Positions 1 through 8,940 of a DNA stretch of 64,000 bases are shown piece after piece (positions within the stretch are counted from its first letter, which is position 1; every line of letters starts with the position of its first letter). The notes under the pieces were generated by a model. The model saw only the letters and a list, made by a program, of their open reading frames with translations, was not told the origin of the DNA and did no database searches. Position numbers and translations under genes: made by a program. This DNA comes from Anaerolineales bacterium (GTDB lineage: Bacteria > Chloroflexota > Anaerolineae > Anaerolineales > E44-bin32), in NCBI GenBank assembly GCA_034430395.1, contig DAOUEQ010000036.1, positions 2,116 to 66,115 on the forward strand, read 5' to 3'.

Positions 1-74
1 CGATGGCGCCGAATGATAGATAGGGAGACAGCCCCCGCTATGTAATACGGGGGTGGAATGTACATGAATTAATT

Positions 75-1142
75 ATGAAATATGCAGTTAGTGTTGACAC
101 CTTATATCTCAATGTCAAATACCCTCGAAAGGATGTGTTCGAGCGGTGGTTTAGGGTGATTCAAGGTTGCGATTCAAGAAGATTGAAAAAAGGTGTTGTT
201 GAGGGGAATTTCGTGGTTCGAGGTGGTTCATCAGGATACAAGGCAAGCGTATGGAGTCATGACATTAGAGCCTTTCTAACAGATGAAGTAGATGAATTGA
301 GAGGTGAAGGTCTGGGTATGGGAATATGGAATCAGATTGGACCCAAGTTTCTTCTTGATCATCCACCAGGAAAAGAGCTTCGAGAAGCGGTCAGAAAGTT
401 TCTGTCAGAGATAGGTATTAAGGGAGAATGGCCGATCCGCAATACAAGAATAGACGTTGCTCTCGATTTATTTGGAATGGAATTGGCTAATCAAAATATA
501 GAATTTTGGCGTCAAGGTTGGGTTGGAAGGGCGGGTGTTTCTTCATGCCACTTCAATCCCAAATCAGGACAACTTGAGACAATAAATATCGGATCCAGAA
601 CATCAGCAATCTATCTAAGGATATATGACAAAGTAGCTCAGGCTGAAACAGAGGGTGACATCGAGTATTGGCGTGATGTTTGGAATGGATATTCGGGGCC
701 GGTGACAAGGATAGAGTGGGAAGTTAAGCCAAATAAAGGTGGTTTCAAAGAATTCGAAGATTTTGATAAGCTCTGTGAATCACAGATTGTGGAGCTATTG
801 AATTATTTGATAGAGTGGGGGAGATTGTCTATCCCCAATCCAAATGACTCAAATAACAGAAGGTGGGAAGTATCCGATTTTTGGAAAATTGCTCTTTCAG
901 CTGCTGAACATTGGGCTGATGGTATTACCTGGCCAACATCTCGGTTGGGGAAGGAATTCAAGGGAATATCAGAAGGATATCTCAGAGGTGTGGCGGGGAC
1001 TGTATCTGGTGCGATGGCTAGATTAAGCCCTGAGTATCCAAACCTGTTCACTATGCTAGACAATATGACAGACTATGGGTTGGGGCTAAACAAGATCCAG
1101 AAGGATGCGGAAGCAAAGGCAGAGATAATAACAAGATTGTAG
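75..1142 (+). CDS. Replication initiation factor (Rep_trans-like rolling-circle Rep)
   Basis: 355-aa ORF. The motifs RIDVALDL and GSRTSAIYLRIYDK fit the Rep_trans family pattern (sRxDxAxD ... GSRxSxxxxRiYdK). Codon usage is AT-rich. Confidence 0.65.
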   Translation: MKYAVSVDTLYLNVKYPRKDVFERWFRVIQGCDSRRLKKGVVEGNFVVRGGSSGYKASVWSHDIRAFLTDEVDELRGEGLGMGIWNQIGPKFLLDHPPGKELREAVRKFLSEIGIKGEWPIRNTRIDVALDLFGMELANQNIEFWRQGWVGRAGVSSCHFNPKSGQLETINIGSRTSAIYLRIYDKVAQAETEGDIEYWRDVWNGYSGPVTRIEWEVKPNKGGFKEFEDFDKLCESQIVELLNYLIEWGRLSIPNPNDSNNRRWEVSDFWKIALSAAEHWADGITWPTSRLGKEFKGISEGYLRGVAGTVSGAMARLSPEYPNLFTMLDNMTDYGLGLNKIQKDAEAKAEIITRL

Positions 1143-1154
1143 TGGGGTTCTCCA

Positions 1155-1204
1155 TAGGGCCCCTGGGGATACCAGCCGTAAGGCTGTGGCCTCCAGGGGC
1201 CCTA
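1155..1204. other. GC-rich extended hairpin directly after the rep stop codon (candidate origin/nick-site structure or terminator)
   Basis: TAGGGCCCCTGG (1155-1166) is perfectly complementary to CCAGGGGCCCTA (1193-1204). An inner 5-bp stem CAGCC/GGCTG closes a GTAA loop. The structure is a GC island within an AT-rich element. Confidence 0.5.
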
Positions 1205-1222
1205 GGTTTACAGCCTGAGCGG

Positions 1223-1633
1223 ATGAATATGACTGATCTAATCGAGCTTAAGGGAAGATTAAATGGGAGACAAAGAAATAGGTTAAATCGGCTTCTAGAC
1301 ATGATGTACAAGCCTAGTGAGATAGCTGAAGAAGTTGGCTTTAACGTGCGGCAAGTATATCGGGTCTATATCAAATTAGGTTGCCCTAATCAGAGGGATA
1401 GAAGAAACCACATTTGGATCAACGGAAAATCATTTGTGAATTGGTATCAGGAAACTTTCCCCAAACTTAAAGTCAAGCAGGACCAAGTCTTCTGTTTGAC
1501 ATGTAAAAAGGCAGTTGACCTTGTTGAACCCATTAAAAACAAGAAAGATGGATTGAATTACCTGCTCAGCTTTTGCCCTCTCTGCGGCAGAAAACTTGTC
1601 AAAATCATCTCAAATAAGAAACTGAAGAAATGA
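1223..1633 (+). CDS. Small DNA-binding protein (HTH plus CxxC...CxxC zinc ribbon), possible excisionase or regulator of the element
   Basis: 136 aa from the ATG at 1223; the ORF-track start at 1142 would translate the hairpin. It has an HTH-like segment PSEIAEEVGFNVRQVYRVY and the Cys pairs CLTCKK / CPLCGRK. Its stop overlaps the integrase ATG (ATGA). Confidence 0.5.
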   Translation: MNMTDLIELKGRLNGRQRNRLNRLLDMMYKPSEIAEEVGFNVRQVYRVYIKLGCPNQRDRRNHIWINGKSFVNWYQETFPKLKVKQDQVFCLTCKKAVDLVEPIKNKKDGLNYLLSFCPLCGRKLVKIISNKKLKK

Positions 1634-2685
1634 TCAATAGGGAGAACTGGAAAGCCGTCAATAAATATCTCAAGTATCGATCTGAGGTGGATCAAATCTC
1701 AGATGTTTCAAAGCGCCTTGAAAAAGGATGGCTTCTTCATCTTCTTTTATGGTCTCAGGAAGAGTCTTTCTCAGAAGCATCAAAGATTAGGCCAACTTTC
1801 CCGGAATTTATACAAAGTTCTAGGATGGACGGAAAAGAGAGACCTCTTTCTCAATCATTTATCAGGAAAAGTATTTCATCTTCTCGGAGATTTTTACGGT
1901 GGTTATCTATTCACGAGCAAGGATATGGAAAAATTACTCTTGCATGGCTGGACACTCTCAAGCCTCCCAGGATGCCTGAAAAGCTCAGGGCACATGAAAT
2001 TGTCACATTTGATGAAATCAATGCAATCTCATCGGCTCCAGTTCAAGAAACGTGGGAGAAACGCATTAGGGCAGCTGCGGTATTCTGGTTTCTTTCAGGA
2101 ATAAGGATCGAGGCATTTACTACCCTTCCACTAAAAGCGGTGGATTTGAAGAGAAGAAGGATTCAGCAATTTCAAAATCTAGGTGTCCGAACGAAGAATC
2201 AAAAAGATGCTGTGACCTATCTATTCGACATCTCTAATTTACTGGATGTCATTAAAGCCTGGGATGAAGAGGTACGTTCGGTTTGCCCAGACGACGGGCT
2301 ATGGTTTGCCTTGATCTCTCCCGAAACGGGAGAAATTGATCCTCTCGGTCATTTAAAGGCCGGTAAGCATCGGGACTGTAGAGCCCGGAAAGATTTGAAC
2401 AGATGGCTTACTAAGGTCGAATTGCCTTATCACTCACCTCATAAGTTTAGACATGGCCATGCAGTGTACGGATTAAAAAACGCAAAGGATATAGGTGAAC
2501 TGAAGGCGGTCAGTCAGAACTTGATGCACAGAAACTTAAGTATTACGGATGGGATCTATGGAATGCTATCGGATGACGATATTAAGCAGAGAATAGACAG
2601 TATCAGTAAAGTAACAAATGAGGAGATAAATCAAAGCAACGAGGAAATCAAGAAGCAATTGATGGAAATAATCGCGAATTTGTAG
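1630..2685 (+). CDS. Tyrosine recombinase / phage-type integrase
   Basis: 351 aa. The C-terminal catalytic region HSPHKFRHGHAVYGL ... LMHRNLSITDGIYG gives an R..HxxR..Y pattern. The gene is adjacent to the tRNA 3' end. Confidence 0.85.
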   Translation: MINRENWKAVNKYLKYRSEVDQISDVSKRLEKGWLLHLLLWSQEESFSEASKIRPTFPEFIQSSRMDGKERPLSQSFIRKSISSSRRFLRWLSIHEQGYGKITLAWLDTLKPPRMPEKLRAHEIVTFDEINAISSAPVQETWEKRIRAAAVFWFLSGIRIEAFTTLPLKAVDLKRRRIQQFQNLGVRTKNQKDAVTYLFDISNLLDVIKAWDEEVRSVCPDDGLWFALISPETGEIDPLGHLKAGKHRDCRARKDLNRWLTKVELPYHSPHKFRHGHAVYGLKNAKDIGELKAVSQNLMHRNLSITDGIYGMLSDDDIKQRIDSISKVTNEEINQSNEEIKKQLMEIIANL

Positions 2686-2759
2686 TCTTTACAATTACTA
2701 AAGAAGGACTTAACAAAAAAAGCATTGGCACAAAACGCCATTTTTTTAACGTTATTTAA

Positions 2760-2832
2760 TGGGCCCGGTAGGAATCGAACCTACGACCAACCGGTTATGA
2801 GCCGGCCGCTCTTACCACTGAGCTACGGGCCC
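2760..2832 (-). tRNA. tRNA-Met (anticodon CAT; elongator Met or Ile2-lysidine type, not initiator)
   Basis: The reverse complement folds as a cloverleaf: acceptor GGGCCCG/CGGGCCC, D stem GCTC/GAGC, anticodon loop CTCATAA, T arm GTAGG-TTCGATT-CCTAC. The 1-72 pair is G-C. CCA is not encoded. Confidence 0.85.
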
Positions 2833-3162
2833 TCATTTATGATTTTAGCAGACACCCGCCGAAGTCGGAAGTCTTTCCTCATTTTAAATTTTTCGCTGCT
2901 GGATATTCAAACATATTACCGGATAGCCTTCTGACTACGACAGAACAGAGAAGGCTCTATATTCTGGATTTATAAACTGGTCGAGAGACAGTCAAACACC
3001 GAAGGTCGTTCACTGGGTTGAGGGTACAGACGATTGGAAACGGGCTGATCGGGAAGGGGTCGGATGGCTGGTCTATTCCATTTTAAACCGATTGCGGTTT
3101 TTATTGAGGGTTGAATAGGCGGACTTGTCCCTGTCGGATTTGAATTCAAGTGCCGCTGGCAC

Positions 3163-4065
3163 CTAATTCAGGATGTGCACCTGCGGCTTGAGGGGCACGC
3201 GGGCGATGATGTCTTTGAAGTCCGCCTCTGTGATCTGGTCATCGGGTTTGTCGATCAGACAGCGGCACATAGCCTCGATGACGTTCGTTCCAAAAGAGCG
3301 CCCCTCCAGGCGTGGGGTGTTCGTCACGAGGACGTGCAGATTACGCTTTTGCAGGGCTTCGACATTCTTCGCCGTGGTGGTGTTTGTGATGATAATCTTA
3401 CCGCTCAGGTCGTCGGGCAAGTTGGACCAGATTTGCAGGAAGTCACCGGCGATGACTTCCGCCTCCTCGTAGAAACGGCTGTACTTCGTGGAGGGTTCCT
3501 TCTCCTGTTCCGCGCCCACGGGGTAGAGCCAGCGGAAGGGAAGCTGCGTCATGATTGGCAGAAGCAGAGCCGCCACGATGTGCACGGTGCGGATGCTGCG
3601 GATGGGGATCGGCAGGTCGAGTGCAAACATGAAGTCACCAAAGGTAACATCACAGCCTGCATCGACAAGCGCCTTCGCCAGACCGTAGCGGTCGACGGCA
3701 GTCGTCTTAAGGGCTTTCTTGCCGCGCAGTTCATATCCGTGCTCCTTGAGCGCTTGTATCGCCATCGGCGCCAGGAGATGCTTGATACCGTTGCCATCCC
3801 CCACTTTGGAGATCTTGATTGCTTTGCGGATGCGCTTGGCTTCGCGGAAATAGTAGCGGCGACCGTTCACCCACAGATAGAATTCCGTCCCGCCCACGCC
3901 AAAGGCGTCCACTTTGCCGTCGTTGTCGCGGTACATCTGAACGCATAGATCGTAATCGCCGTCCGTGCCCTGGCGGCTGAGCTTAAAATGTTCCCCCATG
4001 AACTCAGCTTCCACAGAGTGATCTCGGGTGGTAGAGCCCAGGCTTACACTCAGTACTTTCTTCAT
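3163..4065 (-). CDS. Conserved hypothetical protein (a family I recall being auto-annotated as quinate 5-dehydrogenase; function unverified)
   Basis: 300 aa from the ATG at 4065, with GAAGGA 8 nt upstream. The N-terminus is MKKVLSVSLGSTTRDHSVEAEF...GTDGD...VDAFGVGG. The ORF-track start at 4113 lacks an RBS. Confidence 0.6.
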   Translation of the reverse strand: MKKVLSVSLGSTTRDHSVEAEFMGEHFKLSRQGTDGDYDLCVQMYRDNDGKVDAFGVGGTEFYLWVNGRRYYFREAKRIRKAIKISKVGDGNGIKHLLAPMAIQALKEHGYELRGKKALKTTAVDRYGLAKALVDAGCDVTFGDFMFALDLPIPIRSIRTVHIVAALLLPIMTQLPFRWLYPVGAEQEKEPSTKYSRFYEEAEVIAGDFLQIWSNLPDDLSGKIIITNTTTAKNVEALQKRNLHVLVTNTPRLEGRSFGTNVIEAMCRCLIDKPDDQITEADFKDIIARVPLKPQVHILN

Positions 4066-4321
4066 GGTGTGTCCATCCTTCAAAATAGGATAGCGCATTC
4101 TTAATACCTTCACAAACAGAGGGGTTGACCTATGGCACGTTTTTTCCAGTCGGTCTGCATTGTGGGTTAAACTTCCGCACTTAAATCAAATTTTGTGATG
4201 ACCACCTGGTTTTCCATTCCACAAAAGAATAGCGCTGGTCATCAATACCAAAGAACTCTGCAGAGTCCGTTACATCGAGCAGATCTGACACTAAATAAAC
4301 AACCGCCCGGAGGCGGTTAGG

Positions 4322-4393
4322 AGCGGGCGACGGGATTCGAACCCGTGAATGTCAGCTTGGAAGGCTGATGCCTTACCACTTGGCGACGCCCGC
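4322..4393 (-). tRNA. tRNA-Gly (anticodon TCC)
   Basis: The reverse complement is GCGGGCGTCGCCAAGTGGTAAGGC...CTTCCAA...GGTTCGAATCCCGTCGCCCGCT. The cloverleaf is intact, and the hairpin AACCGCC-CGGA-GGCGGTT follows the 3' end. Confidence 0.85.
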
Positions 4394-4493
4394 GCGTAAT
4401 GTGATTCTACCGTTCGCCTCTGCGCCGGTCAAGCCAACCAGGTTCGGCTCCTGTCTTCGCCCGACGATGCATCAATCTGAGATGTGAATCCGC

Positions 4494-4823
4494 TTAATAT
4501 AAAGGTACTCCAAGCTCGTCGCCCACACCATCCTTGCCATTTGCGACAAGTATATCGCCCCCACTTCCTTCAGCTAGTCTTAGTTTTGCGACAGTGTGGA
4601 AGCTCCCAGGCACCTCTGCATGTTCTCCGGCCACAATTCGCTCGCCGCATTTCAATCGCTCGACAAGCTCCTTGCGGGATAGCAGTTTCAGGTCACCCCA
4701 GATTGGTCCCCGACGAATATAACCTTTCGCAACCCGGACCCGATCTCCCTCAGATGTGTACCTTGCTGCAATGAGGACAACATCGATCTTGCGCGATTCC
4801 TTCGTGACGCGAATCCCTCGCAT
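4494..4823 (-). CDS. Hypothetical protein (109 aa) between two tRNA genes
   Basis: Only an ORF of reasonable composition; no recognisable motif. Confidence 0.4.
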   Translation of the reverse strand: MRGIRVTKESRKIDVVLIAARYTSEGDRVRVAKGYIRRGPIWGDLKLLSRKELVERLKCGERIVAGEHAEVPGSFHTVAKLRLAEGSGGDILVANGKDGVGDELGVPLY

Positions 4824-4875
4824 CGTACCCTCCAGTCGCTAAGGGGTTGTAAAATACAGGCGGGATAACTAACAG

Positions 4876-4948
4876 TCGGGGTGGGCGGACTTGAACCGCC
4901 GACCTCCGCGTCCCAAACGCGGCGCGCTTCCAACTGCGCTACACCCCG
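4876..4948 (-). tRNA. tRNA-Pro (anticodon TGG)
   Basis: The reverse complement is CGGGGTGTAGCGCAGTTGGAAGCGCG-CCGCG-TTTGGGA-CGCGG...GGCGG-TTCAAGT-CCGCC-CACCCCG-A. Confidence 0.85.
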
Positions 4949-5014
4949 GCTCGGCAAGAGTATAAGTCTCACATCCGTCAGGGTCAAGGAGAGAAAGGAG
5001 GGCGCTTCTTTTTT

Positions 5015-5770
5015 ATGGGTGACGCAACCTTTGCCCGCTATTTCGATGCCCAGTACCGCGCCTTCGGGGAAGATCTCAGCTTATGGCTTTATCTTGCGCT
5101 TGAGCACGGCGACCCCATTATTGAACTTGGCTGTGGAACAGGACGAGTCGTTCGAGCACTCATCCAGGCGGGACACCGCGTGATTGGTATCGATCACGAT
5201 CACCACATGCTCGCACGTGCACAGAAGAACATCGCCCCCTTTTTCCTCAAGAACACCTGCTTTGTGCAAGCCGATATACAGACATTCGGATTCAATATGA
5301 GATATAACGCGGCGATCGCACCCATGAATACCCTGTGTATATTCGACGACCACGGACTGATTACTGTGTTTCACAACATCGTCAGACAACTATCACCCGC
5401 TGGATTATTCGCTTTCGAGATTCCGAATCCGTCCGTCGATCCCTTCGAAGGTGTCGATCCCGACGAACCTCTGATCAGCTTTATTGAACCTGAAAGCGGA
5501 AACCCATGCCAGGTTTACGCGCAACGGATAGGAGGACCAGCTCAAGATCAGGTGGAGATACTCTGGCATTATGACGAGCTATTGCCGGATGGATCCACCC
5601 AACGCTACCCATATCGCCAGAATTATTTCTTACGGTCAAAAGAAAAAGTCCGAGAGTTCCTGGATCGCGCGAACTGCATGGTCGTCGAAGTCTACGGTGA
5701 CTATGCCCGTTCCCACTTCGAAGAAAACTCCGAGACGATGGTCGTTGTTGCCAGAGCGAACCCACCATAG
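5015..5770 (+). CDS. Class I SAM-dependent methyltransferase
   Basis: 251 aa. Motif I is IIELGCGTGR, followed by VIGIDHD. AAGGAGG lies upstream of the ATG. Confidence 0.8.
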   Translation: MGDATFARYFDAQYRAFGEDLSLWLYLALEHGDPIIELGCGTGRVVRALIQAGHRVIGIDHDHHMLARAQKNIAPFFLKNTCFVQADIQTFGFNMRYNAAIAPMNTLCIFDDHGLITVFHNIVRQLSPAGLFAFEIPNPSVDPFEGVDPDEPLISFIEPESGNPCQVYAQRIGGPAQDQVEILWHYDELLPDGSTQRYPYRQNYFLRSKEKVREFLDRANCMVVEVYGDYARSHFEENSETMVVVARANPP

Positions 5771-5771
5771 A

Positions 5772-5809
5772 AAAAGTTCCCCCAATAGATCTGTCTTGGG
5801 GAAACTTTT
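5772..5809. terminator. Bidirectional intrinsic terminator between the convergent methyltransferase and lexA genes
   Basis: AAAAGTTCCCCCAA-(10 nt)-TTGGGGAAACTTTT forms a stem with one mismatch, flanked by an A-run and a T-run. Confidence 0.6.
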
Positions 5810-5860
5810 CACAACCTGGCTGCAATTCAAGCAGCTAATTCAAACCGCAAATTTCAACGA

Positions 5861-6520
5861 TCACTCGAGCTGGCGTAAGACGAGCATCACTTTACCTTGA
5901 ACCTCGAGGTGTTTAGGATCCTGGATGATGATTGAGTCCATCGTGGGATTCGCAGGCTGTAGCCGGATCTTATTACCTTCATGATAAATGTATTTTAGCG
6001 TCGTCTCTTCGAGATCCCGCAGCCACACCGCCACCATATCGCCATTGCGCCAATGGTAATCGCGCTTCATCACAACAATATCACCATCACTGACCATGGC
6101 ATCGATCATTGAGTCACCCTTGACTTCAAGGGCGAACACTTCATCTGTGGTACTGAGCATGTCGCGCGTGATTTCGATCGCCTCGTCAGCACCAAACATG
6201 GGCGAATCCGTACTGGGAAGATGCACAGGTTCGCTGGCGAAGATACGACCCACCATCGGGATGCGGATCACATCGCCCAGTTTGCCCGTCGCTTTTAACA
6301 GTTTATCAGTGAGGCGGATCCCCCGGGACACGTTCTGATCGCGATCCAGGTATCCCTCTTCCACCAATCGATTGAGATTGTAATTGACAACAGATGTCGA
6401 AGAGATCCCCACAGACTTCCCAATTTGTCGAATGGATGGGGGGTAACCATTATCCGTGGAGAAACTCTGGATAAAATCCAGTATCCGCCGCTGACGGTCC
6501 GTCAATTTTCCCTTCGCCAT
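5861..6520 (-). CDS. lexA: LexA repressor (SOS regulator, S24 self-cleaving)
   Basis: 219 aa from MAKGKLTDRQRRILDFI. It has the wHTH segment PPSIRQIGKSVGISSTSVV and the Ser/Lys dyad context VKGDSM ... VVMKR. GAGGAGG lies 4 nt upstream of the ATG at 6520. Confidence 0.92.
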   Translation of the reverse strand: MAKGKLTDRQRRILDFIQSFSTDNGYPPSIRQIGKSVGISSTSVVNYNLNRLVEEGYLDRDQNVSRGIRLTDKLLKATGKLGDVIRIPMVGRIFASEPVHLPSTDSPMFGADEAIEITRDMLSTTDEVFALEVKGDSMIDAMVSDGDIVVMKRDYHWRNGDMVAVWLRDLEETTLKYIYHEGNKIRLQPANPTMDSIIIQDPKHLEVQGKVMLVLRQLE

Positions 6521-6583
6521 TTTTCCTCCTCTGTGAGGCTGTTTGCCGCACCAGGAAATCAATCAACCCCCATCGAAAATATC

Positions 6584-6626
6584 GCACACTTGTTCTTATT
6601 CTAACGGAACATACGTTCTATGTCAA
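6584..6626 (-). promoter_or_regulatory. lexA promoter TTGACA-17-TAGAAT with two LexA (Cheo-type) boxes
   Basis: Read on the minus strand: TTGACA (6626-6621), spacer containing GAACGTATGTTC (6618-6607), TAGAAT (6603-6598), then GAACAAGTGTGC (6595-6584). Confidence 0.7.
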
Positions 6627-6679
6627 GCGCAGGATCACCCGCTTTCCCTTGCTGGATACTGTTCTATCGATCAACGCAT

Positions 6680-6707
6680 TTGCGTCCCCGTCGCCTGGTT
6701 GTACAAT
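6680..6707 (+). promoter_or_regulatory. Possible sigma70-type promoter of xpt-guaA (TTGCGT-16-TACAAT)
   Basis: Hexamers lie at 6680-6685 and 6702-6707, 32 nt upstream of the xpt ATG. Confidence 0.35.
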
Positions 6708-6739
6708 GCCTGAAATCAATAATTGCGGGGTGAGCCCAG

Positions 6740-7312
6740 ATGGAAAAATTAAAACAGCGCATCATCTCAGATGGGCAGAATCTCGGTGGGGGCATTCTGA
6801 AGGTCGACGGTTTCGTCAACCATCAGGTGGACCCGGCGCTCATGGAGATGTGCGGGCAGGAGCTGGCAAAACGATTCAAGCATGTAGGGGCAACCAAAGT
6901 CCTCACCGCAGAGATATCCGGTATTGCCCCTGCCCTGACCACCGCACATCATCTGGATTTACCGGTCGTATACGCGCGCAAGAGCAAACCGATCACTATG
7001 CCAGACCAGGTGTTCCTAACCCTCACACCATCGCATACCAAGGGACGGACGGTTGAATTGATCGTCTCGCCGGAATATCTCAGCGGCGGGGAGCAAGTCC
7101 TGATCATCGACGACTTCCTCGCCTCAGGACAGACGATTATGGGCCTGGTGCGGCTTGCACAGACAGCTGGTGCTGAAATCGTAGGAGTCGGGGCGCTGAT
7201 AGAGAAGCGCTTTGAGGGCGGGCGCGATGTCCTCTCGCACCTGAACATCCCGATTGAAGCCCTTGCAGTTATTGTTGATATGAGTGACGGCAAGATAGTA
7301 TTCGAAGACTAA
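6740..7312 (+). CDS. xpt: Xanthine phosphoribosyltransferase
   Basis: 190 aa. The sequence is collinear with my recollection of Bacillus Xpt (LKVDGFVNHQVDP..., ISGIAPA, PRPP motif VLIIDDFLASGQT). Confidence 0.9.
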   Translation: MEKLKQRIISDGQNLGGGILKVDGFVNHQVDPALMEMCGQELAKRFKHVGATKVLTAEISGIAPALTTAHHLDLPVVYARKSKPITMPDQVFLTLTPSHTKGRTVELIVSPEYLSGGEQVLIIDDFLASGQTIMGLVRLAQTAGAEIVGVGALIEKRFEGGRDVLSHLNIPIEALAVIVDMSDGKIVFED

Positions 7313-7319
7313 TACAATT

Positions 7320-8891
7320 ATGGACACGATCGCGGTTCTGGATTTCGGATCACAGTATGCCCAACTGATCGCAAGACGAGTCCGCGAATCCCATGTATAT
7401 TGTGAACTCCACCCGCACAATACACCGCAAGTGGAAGTTCTCGCTCACAACCCTCTCGGTTTCATCCTTTCGGGTGGACCATCCTCGGTATATGAACCCA
7501 ATGCACCGCAGATCCCGTCATATATCCTCGCGAGTGGTCTCCCCATCCTCGGGATTTGCTATGGGATGCAGGCGCTGACCCATACGCTGGGCGGAAAGGT
7601 CGCCGCTGCGGCCCAAAGAGAATATGGCCCGGCCGAGCTCGATATCACACGGGAGAACCCACTTCTCCACACAAACCATAAGCGGGTCTGGATGTCTCAC
7701 GGAGATCGGATCGAAGTCCCACCGCCCGGCTTCGACATCTTCGCCCGTTCAGAGAACTCACCAATTGCTGCTATGGGCGACAGCGTCAGCCATCGTTACG
7801 GTATTCAATTCCATCCCGAAGTGCAACATACACCCGAAGGTCACGAGATCTTGCGCACCTTTGTTGTGGATATTTGCAAAGCAAAACCCGAATGGGTGCC
7901 AGCATCCATCGCCGAGGAAGCGATTCGCCGTATCCGCCAGCAAATAGGGGATAAAAAAGCCATTGCCGGTGTCAGTGGAGGTGTGGATTCCTATGTCGCT
8001 GCCGCGTTGGTTCAAAGGGCGATTGGCGACCAACTACAGTGTATATTCGTTAATAACGGTCTGCTGCGTTACGGTGAACCTGAACAAGTGGCTGAGGCAT
8101 TTGTCGAAACCCTCGGCGCCAAGTTGAAATCCATCGATGCCACCGAAACTTTCCTCGACGCACTCGATTCCGTGACTGACCCAGAAGAAAAACGCCGGAA
8201 GATCGGCGAGAAGTTCATTCGCATCTTCGAGGAGGAAGCTCAAGAATTCGGTGATGCGGATTTCTTGGTCCAGGGGACAATCTACCCCGACGTGGTTGAA
8301 TCCAGCGGTCCTGATCGCCGCGTGGCTGAACGGATTAAAACGCATCATAACGTGGGAGGGCTGCCCGAGGATCTCGCACTTGATCTGGTCGAACCGCTTC
8401 GTTATTTATTTAAAGATGAAGTTCGCGCCGTCGGGTTGGAGATCGGACTTCCTGAGAACATCATCTATCGCCAACCCTTCCCAGGTCCAGGTCTCGCCGT
8501 GCGCTGCCTCGGGCAAGTCACCATGGATCGTTTAAACCGAATTCGCCAGGCCGACCGCATCGTCATTGAAGAAATGAATGCGACGAATTTAATGGTGGGC
8601 CCCGTCACAGGATCCACAAAGTCGCCTGCCGGAACCGGTCATATTGCACAGGCTTTCGCTGTGTTGTTGCCCGTGCGCTCTGTTGGCGTCATGGGAGATC
8701 AACGCACCTATGGTGAGACCATCGCTGTTCGCGCAGTGACAACGGATGACTTCATGACCGCTGACTGGGCCCGGATCCCGACTCCCGTTCTCGCCCAGAT
8801 TAGCACACGTATCGTTAACGAAGTTCCCGGTGTCAACAGGGTGGTTTACGACATCAGCAGCAAGCCGCCGGCAACGATCGAGTGGGAATGA
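7320..8891 (+). CDS. guaA: GMP synthase (glutamine-hydrolysing)
   Basis: 523 aa. It has an N-terminal GATase domain (GICYGMQ, HPE), the ATP-PPase motif SGGVDS and the C-terminal dimerisation end IEWE. Confidence 0.95.
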   Translation: MDTIAVLDFGSQYAQLIARRVRESHVYCELHPHNTPQVEVLAHNPLGFILSGGPSSVYEPNAPQIPSYILASGLPILGICYGMQALTHTLGGKVAAAAQREYGPAELDITRENPLLHTNHKRVWMSHGDRIEVPPPGFDIFARSENSPIAAMGDSVSHRYGIQFHPEVQHTPEGHEILRTFVVDICKAKPEWVPASIAEEAIRRIRQQIGDKKAIAGVSGGVDSYVAAALVQRAIGDQLQCIFVNNGLLRYGEPEQVAEAFVETLGAKLKSIDATETFLDALDSVTDPEEKRRKIGEKFIRIFEEEAQEFGDADFLVQGTIYPDVVESSGPDRRVAERIKTHHNVGGLPEDLALDLVEPLRYLFKDEVRAVGLEIGLPENIIYRQPFPGPGLAVRCLGQVTMDRLNRIRQADRIVIEEMNATNLMVGPVTGSTKSPAGTGHIAQAFAVLLPVRSVGVMGDQRTYGETIAVRAVTTDDFMTADWARIPTPVLAQISTRIVNEVPGVNRVVYDISSKPPATIEWE

Positions 8892-8918
8892 TCTGGTTTA
8901 TCGGGGATTAACTTATAG

Positions 8919-8940
8919 GGGCCGACCAAGGTGTCGGCCC
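8919..8940. repeat. Intergenic hairpin GGGCCGAC-CAAGGT-GTCGGCCC, related to the hairpin at 17312-17333
   Basis: An 8-bp perfect stem. The flanks TAGGGGC..GAC.CAAG.TGTCGGCCCG are shared with the second copy. Confidence 0.5.

Larger units (their letters stand above)
1..2759. mobile_element. Integrase-proximal part of an integrated element (Rep + HTH/Zn-ribbon gene + tyrosine integrase) abutting the 3' end of tRNA-Met; the other boundary lies outside the window
   Basis: The region is visibly AT-rich relative to the rest of the window. The integrase gene ends 75 nt from the 3' end of a tRNA gene, the classic tRNA-targeted integration layout. It also carries a rolling-circle Rep gene. Confidence 0.6.

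Noticed and set aside
3175-3948. A 257-aa plus-strand ORF (and several others) lying antisense to the 3163-4065 gene
   Set aside because: It lies entirely within and opposite a gene with a clear RBS and conserved-looking sequence. Its translation is Arg/Ala/Gly-rich with no motifs, which is typical of a GC-rich shadow ORF.
6620-6739. A purine (guanine/xanthine) riboswitch upstream of xpt, as in Bacillus
   Set aside because: I looked for the conserved three-way-junction core (UAUAAUCGCG...UGG...CCGUAAAU...GACUAUG-like segments) and found nothing resembling it. The leader is only about 32 nt if the TACAAT promoter is used.
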